A DNA stretch of 44,301 nt from Longimicrobiales bacterium (lineage in GTDB: Bacteria; Gemmatimonadota; Gemmatimonadetes; Longimicrobiales; Gaopeijiaceae): positions 1,302,001 to 1,346,301 of the forward strand of contig OY730414.1 in assembly GCA_963422615.1 (NCBI GenBank). The letters run 5' to 3'. Position 1 is the stretch's first letter. Every line of letters starts with the position of its first letter. The translations under genes and the position numbers were made by a program. Of the stretch, positions 37,885 through 44,301 are shown one piece after another. The notes under the pieces were generated by a model. The model was given only the letters and a program-made list of their open reading frames with translations. It was not told the origin of the DNA and did not search any database.

Positions 37885-40338
37885 ATGTCGATGCCTTCCC
37901 TCCGACTCAAGCCCGCCTTGCTCCCCCCGCCCCCGCTCCCGCACCGGGAGTTTTCAGGGTCGACGGTCCCGATCCCCTTTCCCGGGAACCCGCCTCGAGG
38001 GATCCTCCGGGCCGCCGCTGTGCTCACCGCCGCCTGGGCGCTCGGGCCCGTTGTGGCCACAGCCCAGGCGACCGAAGCGGGGCAGGTGACCGAACGGGAT
38101 TACGCCCGGGCAGAGCAGTTTCTGTCCTGGAACACGGCCAAGCACGTATCGGGGGACCAGGTCACCCCGGAGTTCTTCGACGGGGACCGCTTCTGGTTCC
38201 GGAGCCGCACTTCTGCGGGGCACGAGTTCGTGGTTGTGGATCCGGCGGCCGGGGTCCGCAACCCCGCCTTCGATCATGCCCGCCTCGCCGCCGCCCTGTC
38301 CCTTGCGGCGGACACGGCCTATGAAGGGCACGCCCTTCCCTTCACGAAGTTCGAGTACGTGGACGGGGGCGGGTCCGTTCAGTTCCACGTGGCCGATTCG
38401 CTCCGCTGGAGGTGCGACATCGGCACATACGCATGCACCGGCCCGGCGGTCGCGCCTCCGGGGTCCGACGCGGAGCGGCCGTCACCCGACGGGCACTGGA
38501 TTGCCTTCACCCGAGACGAAAACCTCTGGGTCCGGGATGCCGCCACGGGGGAAGAGGTTCAGCTCAGTCAAGACGGGGAGAAGGACTTCGGCTATGGTGC
38601 GGTTCCCGAGGGATGCTGCCAGGAGATTACCAGCCGACGCCAGAAGCGGAAGCGGCCGCCGGTGCTTCGCTGGTCCCCGGACTCCCGGCGAATTGCGACC
38701 CACCGTTATGACGAACGAAACGTGGGGCGCTTCCACCTTCTTGAGGCCGCCGACGGCAGGCCCATCCTCCACTCCTGGGCCTACGCCCTCCCCGGGGACT
38801 CGGTCGTTCCCACTGCCGAGCTCTGGATCTTTGACACGGTAGACCGGACGTCGGTTCGGGCCGACGTCAATCCGCAACCGGGCAACTTCACCCGGGGGGA
38901 CACCACCTACGCCGACGTTCAGTGGTCGGCCGGAGGGGGTCACGTCTTCTACACCCACCGGAGCCGGGACTTCAAGAGCTACAAGCTGTTCCGGGTGGAC
39001 GCGGCCACCGGGTCGGCCACCGAGCTCCTGGACGAGACGGGGCCCACCTACGTCGAGCTGAACCAGTTCACCGCACTTCCTCCTGCGTGGCGGGTGTTGG
39101 GGGACGGGTCCGAGTTCCTCTGGTGGTCCGAGCGGGACGGTTTCGGCCACCTCTACCTATACGACGGGGACGGCACGCTCAAGAACCAGGTCACCCGGGG
39201 CCCTTGGCTCGTCACGGAGCTGATCGGCGTGGACGAAGGGAGCCGGACCGTCTACTTCACAGCGGTCGGACGGGAAGAGGGACGCCATCCGTACTTCGTC
39301 CACCTCTACCGGGTCGGCCTGGACGGCTCGGGCCTCCGTCTCCTCACCCCGGAAGATGCCGTCCACCGGATCACCCCGTCGCCCTCGGGCCGCTACTTTG
39401 TGGACCGCTACTCCACCCCGCAAACGGCCCCGGTGGCGGTGGTCCGGGGGACGGACGGCAGAGTCGACCAGACCATCGAGACCGGGGACATCTCCAGGCT
39501 CGAAGAGACGGGCTGGGTCCCTCCGGTTCCGTTCCAAGCCCGGGGCCGGGATGGGGTGACGAGCGTGTACGGGCTCCTCTGGTTCCCCACCGGTTTCGAC
39601 CCCGACAAGCGCTACCCGGTGATCGACTACATCTACCCGGGCCCCCAGATCGGCGCTGTCACCCGCTACGACTTCTCGGCCTCGGGTCGAGGGAACGGCA
39701 GAGCCCTGGCCGAACTCGGTTTCATCGTCTTCGCCGTGGACGCATTCGGTTCCCCCCTGCGGTCCAAGGCGTTTCACGACGGGTACTACGGCGACATGGG
39801 GGACAACGGCCTCCCGGACCACATCTCGGCCCTCAAGGAGCTGGCCGGCCGTTACCCCCAGATGGACCTGAGCCGGGTCGGCATCTTCGGCCATTCGGGG
39901 GGCGGCTTTTCGTCCACCGACGCGATTCTTCGCTACGCGGACTTCTACAAGGTCGCGGTCTCGGGGGCCGGGAACCACGACAACCGGGGGTATCACTTTC
40001 CGTGGGGGGAGAAGTACCAGGGCCTGTTGACGAAGGACGCGGACGGGACCGACAACTACGACGGCCAGGCCAACCAGAACCTGGCCGCAAACCTGAAGGG
40101 CAAGCTCCTACTCCACTACGGCACCTTGGACGACAACGTCCATCCGAACATGACCCTTCGCCTCGTGGAGGAGCTGATTCGCCACAACAAGGATTTCGAC
40201 ATGTTCGTGCTGCCGAATCGGAACCACGGCTACGCCAACGAGCCCTACGTCCTGCGCCGAACCTGGGACTATTTCGTCGAGCACCTTTTGGGCGCGAAGG
40301 CCCCGGTGGAGTACGAGATTACCGGGCCGCCAGGGTGA
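37885..40338 (+). CDS. Secreted S9 family peptidase (DPP IV-like), paralog of the upstream gene
   Basis: GAGGTG RBS before ATG 37885; signal-like AAAVLTAAWALGPVVATA|Q; WSERDGFGHLY; YIYPGPQ; GHSGGG, LDDNVH, RNHGY. Confidence 0.93.
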   Translation: MSMPSLRLKPALLPPPPLPHREFSGSTVPIPFPGNPPRGILRAAAVLTAAWALGPVVATAQATEAGQVTERDYARAEQFLSWNTAKHVSGDQVTPEFFDGDRFWFRSRTSAGHEFVVVDPAAGVRNPAFDHARLAAALSLAADTAYEGHALPFTKFEYVDGGGSVQFHVADSLRWRCDIGTYACTGPAVAPPGSDAERPSPDGHWIAFTRDENLWVRDAATGEEVQLSQDGEKDFGYGAVPEGCCQEITSRRQKRKRPPVLRWSPDSRRIATHRYDERNVGRFHLLEAADGRPILHSWAYALPGDSVVPTAELWIFDTVDRTSVRADVNPQPGNFTRGDTTYADVQWSAGGGHVFYTHRSRDFKSYKLFRVDAATGSATELLDETGPTYVELNQFTALPPAWRVLGDGSEFLWWSERDGFGHLYLYDGDGTLKNQVTRGPWLVTELIGVDEGSRTVYFTAVGREEGRHPYFVHLYRVGLDGSGLRLLTPEDAVHRITPSPSGRYFVDRYSTPQTAPVAVVRGTDGRVDQTIETGDISRLEETGWVPPVPFQARGRDGVTSVYGLLWFPTGFDPDKRYPVIDYIYPGPQIGAVTRYDFSASGRGNGRALAELGFIVFAVDAFGSPLRSKAFHDGYYGDMGDNGLPDHISALKELAGRYPQMDLSRVGIFGHSGGGFSSTDAILRYADFYKVAVSGAGNHDNRGYHFPWGEKYQGLLTKDADGTDNYDGQANQNLAANLKGKLLLHYGTLDDNVHPNMTLRLVEELIRHNKDFDMFVLPNRNHGYANEPYVLRRTWDYFVEHLLGAKAPVEYEITGPPG

Positions 40339-40406
40339 GGGGATCGACCGAATTGCGCTGGATATCCCGGCTCGCTCGCCCCAGAAATCGCTTGTCTGGC
40401 GCCGGG

Positions 40407-41900
40407 GTGAAGGCTTCGTCTCCCCAAGGTCCGCGTCCGCGACCAACGCCTTGGTGGCGCCGGACCCCGGGTAGTCTCCACCCCCGCTTCTCGTCCGTCC
40501 CGCCCGGGCTTGGGGTCTCCCCGGCGGATCCGCCTTCGTCGCGCCGGGACTTCCTGAAGGTCTCCGCGGTCGCGGCGCTGGGGCTGTCGTGGCCGGCAGC
40601 GAGGCCGGCAGCGACGATGGGGACAGGAGCCTACCGGCCAAAGCGAGGGCACGACGGACGGACACCCCAGCTCCTGCGGGTCGACGGCGACCGCCTGAAC
40701 CGGATCCTGGAGGGTTTCCGACGCTTCGGCGGAACCGAAGACGGGGGCACGACCCGTTTGGCGTACAGCGACGAGGACCTGGCGTGCCGGGATCATGTGG
40801 CCGAGATCATGGAGCGTGCCGGGCTGGAGGTCTCTGTGGACGTGGCGGGCAATCTGGTGGGAACCCGGCCGGGGACCGACCCGCAGGCCCGCCACAGCCC
40901 CTTGGTCATCGGGTCCCACATCGACACGGTGCCCTCAGGGGGCAGCTACGACGGCCAGGTGGGGTCGGCCGGGGCCCTTGAAGTTGCACTCTCCTTGAAG
41001 GATCATGGCGTCGCCCTCCGGCACCCCCTGGAGGTCATGATCTTCCAGAACGAAGAAGGGGGGAAGACGGGAAGCCGGGCCCTTGCGGGCCGGGTGGAGC
41101 CCTTCGAACTGGAGATCCTGACGGCGTCGGGGTTCACAATCGGGGAGGGGACGGCCCGCCTGGGTGGGGATCCAGCTCGGCTCCCGGAAGCCCGGCGGGA
41201 ACCGGGGGCCATGAGGGGCTTCGTGGAACTGCACATTGAACAGGGCGCCCACCTGGAGGCGACAGGAACGCAGATCGGCGTCGTTGAGGGGATCGTGGGC
41301 ATTCGACGCTGGAACGTGGAGGTCCTGGGCGCGACCAACCACGCGGGCACGACCCCAATGGACCAGCGTCGGGATGCACTCGTAGCGGGGGCCGACTGGG
41401 TCCGCGCCGTCCATGACGTTGCCTCCTCCATGGAGGGTCGGCAGGTGGCCACGGTGGGGAGGATCGAGGCACTTCCGGGAGCGCCCAACGTGGTCCCCGG
41501 CGTTGTTCGCGCCACCCTGGAGATCCGGGATCTGGAGATGGAGAAGATCGGACGCGTGTTTGCGGAGATTGAAGCTCGGGCCGCCGCGATCGGGGAGGCC
41601 CGGGGCACGTCCATTGCCTTCTCCCGCTTCTACGAGAGTCTGGCGGCGCCGACGGATCCGGGCTTCCGGGACATCGTCGAAGCGGCGGCGGACGCCTTCG
41701 GCTACTCCCGGATTAGGATGCCGTCAGGCGCGGGACACGACGCCCAGAGCATGGCCGAGCTGGGACCCGTCGGCATGATCTTCGTGCCCAGCCGGGCCGG
41801 AATCAGTCATTCGCCGCTGGAGCACACCGATTCCGAGGACGTGACTCGGGGGACCAATGTCCTTCTTCAGTCGGTGCTGGCCCTGGACCGGGAGAGCTGA
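40407..41900 (+). CDS. M20 family Zn-dependent amidohydrolase (N-carbamoyl-L-amino acid / allantoate amidohydrolase type) with twin-arginine motif
   Basis: GSHIDTV...YDG..G, NEEG, FVELHIEQG, NHAGTTPM, SGAGHDA, SHSP.E; SRRDFLK at 40539-40559. Start uncertain (GTG 40407 assumed). Confidence 0.88.
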   Translation: MKASSPQGPRPRPTPWWRRTPGSLHPRFSSVPPGLGVSPADPPSSRRDFLKVSAVAALGLSWPAARPAATMGTGAYRPKRGHDGRTPQLLRVDGDRLNRILEGFRRFGGTEDGGTTRLAYSDEDLACRDHVAEIMERAGLEVSVDVAGNLVGTRPGTDPQARHSPLVIGSHIDTVPSGGSYDGQVGSAGALEVALSLKDHGVALRHPLEVMIFQNEEGGKTGSRALAGRVEPFELEILTASGFTIGEGTARLGGDPARLPEARREPGAMRGFVELHIEQGAHLEATGTQIGVVEGIVGIRRWNVEVLGATNHAGTTPMDQRRDALVAGADWVRAVHDVASSMEGRQVATVGRIEALPGAPNVVPGVVRATLEIRDLEMEKIGRVFAEIEARAAAIGEARGTSIAFSRFYESLAAPTDPGFRDIVEAAADAFGYSRIRMPSGAGHDAQSMAELGPVGMIFVPSRAGISHSPLEHTDSEDVTRGTNVLLQSVLALDRES

Positions 41901-41946
41901 TCCCGGAACGGCGGTCTGTCCCCCGGGTCGGCTGTGGGCGTGGGTC

Positions 41947-41974
41947 GGGGTCGCTTAGGCGGGAAGCCGACCCC
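41947..41974. terminator. Possible hairpin between convergent genes
   Basis: GGGGTCGCTT...AAGCCGACCCC bulged stem; no clear U tract. Confidence 0.25.
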
Positions 41975-41997
41975 TCACCGGATCCGGTTTGTGCGGG

Positions 41998-42966
41998 TCA
42001 GGTCGGTCCTTCGCCCGAAGAGTCCCCGACGTAGCTGAGCCAGCCCCACGGATCGGGCCCCGTACCCCCTGCCAGCTCCAGGTATCGGGTCTGGATCCGC
42101 TCGGTGATCGGGCCCCTGCGCCCGTTGCCGACGGTGATCCCGTCAACGGAGCGGATCGGGGTCACCTCCGAGGCGGTCCCGGTGAAGAACAGCTCGTCGG
42201 CGGAATAGAGCATCTCCCTGGGCACCAGCTGTTCCCGAAGCGTCAGTCCCATTTCTTCCGTGATTCGCATGACCGAGTGGCGGGTGATGCCCGAGAGCGA
42301 GGTGCCGTCCAGGATCGGGGTGATGACCTCTTCGTCCATCACCAGGAACAGGTTCTGGCCGCTCCCTTCGCTGACCAGTCCCCCCGGTCCCAGTCCGATC
42401 GCCTCCGCGTACCCGTGGGACATCGCCTCCAGGACCATCAGCTGGGAGACGAGGTAGTTTCCCGCAGACTTTGCGCCGCTGGGGATGGTATTGGGTGCCG
42501 GCCGATTCCACGACGAGACGCCCACGTCCACCCCCTTCTCCAGGCCTTCCTGCCCCAGGTAGGCGCCCCAGGGCCACATGGGGATGTAGGTCTCGACGGG
42601 GCTGTGCTCGGGGTTCATCGCGGATGCCCCGAAGCCCCGCAGGACCATGGGACGGATGTAGCAGGAGACAAGCTCGTTCTTGCGGATCGTGGCGGTCACG
42701 GCTGCGGCCAGGGCTTCGATCGTGTGCTCCGGTTGCATCCGGTAGGTGCGGCTTGAACCCTGTAGCCTGCGCAGGTGGTCGTGGAGTCTGAACACCGCCG
42801 GGCCCCGGGGCGTTTCGTAGCAACGAATGCCCTCAAAGACCGACGTCCCGAACTGAACCGCCAGGCTAAGGACGTGGATTTTCGCATCTTCCCAGCGAAC
42901 AAACGCACCATCCTTCCAGATCCATGGACTTCCGACCAGTTTGCCGGACATGCCTTTGCTCCCCAT
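41998..42966 (-). CDS. ilvE: Branched-chain amino acid aminotransferase (PLP fold IV)
   Basis: GTSVFEGIRCY, VFRLHDHLRRL, YIRP, WGAYLG, AKSAGNY (PLP Lys), EGSGQNLF, LSGITR, ELFFTGTASEVTPI. Confidence 0.93.
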   Translation of the reverse strand: MGSKGMSGKLVGSPWIWKDGAFVRWEDAKIHVLSLAVQFGTSVFEGIRCYETPRGPAVFRLHDHLRRLQGSSRTYRMQPEHTIEALAAAVTATIRKNELVSCYIRPMVLRGFGASAMNPEHSPVETYIPMWPWGAYLGQEGLEKGVDVGVSSWNRPAPNTIPSGAKSAGNYLVSQLMVLEAMSHGYAEAIGLGPGGLVSEGSGQNLFLVMDEEVITPILDGTSLSGITRHSVMRITEEMGLTLREQLVPREMLYSADELFFTGTASEVTPIRSVDGITVGNGRRGPITERIQTRYLELAGGTGPDPWGWLSYVGDSSGEGPT

Positions 42967-42972
42967 GGGTCC

Positions 42973-43365
42973 TCAAGCCTCCTCTGCCGCAGGGGCGTCC
43001 CGCAAGTACGCGTCGGTACCGTCCAGCCAATCCTGCCGGGGTGGGGTGAACACATCCACGTCCAGGGTGTCCTCCAGGGCTTCGGCCTCGTGGGGAACGT
43101 TACTGGGAAGGTGGAGCACCTCCCCGGAGCGGACGATAAGGTTCTGCGGTCCCTCGTCACCGATTCGGAACTTGAGGGCTCCTTCCAGGACATAAGTGAT
43201 CTGTTCGTTGTCGTGGGCGTGCATGGGCACGACGGCCCCCTTCTTCAGGTAGACATGGGCCAGCATGGCCCGGTCCCCCGTGATCAGGCTCCGGGAAAGG
43301 AGCGGGGTCAGCTCCTCCCGCGGCAGTTCGGCGACTCGGTAGTGGCGAACCTCGTTGTTGCTCAC
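42973..43365 (-). CDS. Cupin domain protein
   Basis: GAVVPMHAHDNEQITYVLEG and PSNVPHEA metal-binding motifs, DVFTPPRQDW; GTG at 43365. Confidence 0.88.
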   Translation of the reverse strand: MSNNEVRHYRVAELPREELTPLLSRSLITGDRAMLAHVYLKKGAVVPMHAHDNEQITYVLEGALKFRIGDEGPQNLIVRSGEVLHLPSNVPHEAEALEDTLDVDVFTPPRQDWLDGTDAYLRDAPAAEEA

Positions 43366-43596
43366 GATGGGGCTCCGGTGGGGAGTTGGGGGTTGCGGGC
43401 GACGCCCGGTCCAGGGGGAGATCGGAGAATGTCGGAATCGGCGTAAAGAAATCGGCCGGCAATGAGGAATTGGCGGCTCCGCTTGGGGGAAGAGCGGGGC
43501 ACCTCCATTCTGCATCCAGCGGGGGGGTTTGGGAAGGGAGTCGGGAACCCGGCCCTCTTTACCGGTCTTGGAGTGTGCTTCGCTCGGACCCTCAGG

Positions 43597-44301
43597 TCAG
43601 ATTGGATCTCCCGCCAGCGCGAGGAGTTTGGCGAAGTTGTAGTTGACGCTGGTCGCCCCGAAATCCGGCTCCCGCCGGAAAGGCCGACGCAGGTAGCGGA
43701 CCCGATGCCCGCCTTCTTCCAGAAACTGCACAATGGCCAGGATATAGTCGTCCGGCTTGTTCAGAGAGAACAGGATTTCGTTCCGGGTAACAGTGATCGT
43801 TGGCGCTCCTTCTACCCGCCCCTTCACCTCGATGAACCGGAGTTTGCCGGTCTCGGGCACTCGGCTCTCGATGTCGTATCCCAGCTTCTCGAACTCCCGG
43901 TCGACGGGCTCGAAGCCCAACGCGCGCTCCACATCCATGACGATGGCCCGGGCCCGGGCGGCGATCGCCTGCGTGTCGGCGGTCATCGCCTCCGTCGGAG
44001 CGTTGAGGCCCGCGATCTTGTCGAGTAGCCCCTTGGGCACGACCAGCATCCCGCCCCGCACAACCGGGGGCCCCGCCGATATGCGCCGCTGCAACTTCAG
44101 CTCCCGCATCCGTTGTGCGAGCCTGGCCCCAAGCTGGTCAGTCCTCTTGGCCGCCTCCTTCCAGTTGAGCCGCGCCTGGGCCCGACCGGCCTCTTTTTCG
44201 CGCTTGAGGTTCCCGGCAAGGCGGTCCCAGTGAATGATCTCTTTGGTGAGCCGCTCCCTCACGGCGGCTTCGGTCCTGTCGATTGCCGTCATTCTGGCGT
44301 C
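43597..44301 (-). CDS. C-terminal part of a helicase-associated DUF3883 (PD-(D/E)XK-like) protein, probably an SNF2-type helicase; partial
   Basis: VRERLTKEIIHWD coiled region, then LGYDIESR...LRFIEVKGR...TVTRNEIL.SLNKPDDYILAIV...PDFGATSVNY; frame open to the window edge. Confidence 0.8.
   Translation of the reverse strand, partial: DARMTAIDRTEAAVRERLTKEIIHWDRLAGNLKREKEAGRAQARLNWKEAAKRTDQLGARLAQRMRELKLQRRISAGPPVVRGGMLVVPKGLLDKIAGLNAPTEAMTADTQAIAARARAIVMDVERALGFEPVDREFEKLGYDIESRVPETGKLRFIEVKGRVEGAPTITVTRNEILFSLNKPDDYILAIVQFLEEGGHRVRYLRRPFRREPDFGATSVNYNFAKLLALAGDPI

Noticed and set aside
38922..40400. 992-aa ORF suggesting a large N-terminal fusion to the M20 hydrolase
   Set aside because: The upstream half is an Arg/Pro-rich alternate frame of the S9 peptidase gene.

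Overview
High-GC bacterial chromosome segment. Gene content (SusC/SusD pair, choice-of-anchor B protein, DUF4837 lipoprotein, secreted S9 peptidases, 'GCASGG' lipoproteins, pilM-Q joined to aroC) suggests Gemmatimonadota; this is inference, not a lookup. (1) 1-6.9 kb, minus strand: SLC13/TrkA-C transporter, lipoprotein, FG-GAP/choice-of-anchor B protein, trans-sulfuration PLP enzyme. (2) 7.2-26.0 kb, an uninterrupted plus-strand run: type IV pilin, four minor pilins, pilMNO(P)Q, aroC, aroK, topA, xerC, hslV, hslU, argF, gcvT and a sigma-54 activator. (3) 26.2-43.4 kb, mostly exported proteins: DUF4837 lipoprotein, cytochrome c lipoprotein, Tat-type sarcosine-oxidase-family flavoenzyme, SusD/SusC, a low-GC islet with tandem repeats, two S9 peptidases, Tat-type M20 amidohydrolase, branched-chain aminotransferase, cupin. 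(4) At the right edge, the 3' end of a DUF3883-type helicase/nuclease gene. No rRNA, tRNA, CRISPR array or transposase was seen. The best candidate for an under-described system is a CAZyme-free SusC/D peptide/amino-acid utilisation locus with a periplasmic flavoenzyme-cytochrome c module and a shared palindrome (CCGTA-N3-TACGG) in two of its intergenic regions. That is a hypothesis built from known families; I did not find an unmistakably new system. Family calls come from motif recognition by eye; no searches were run.
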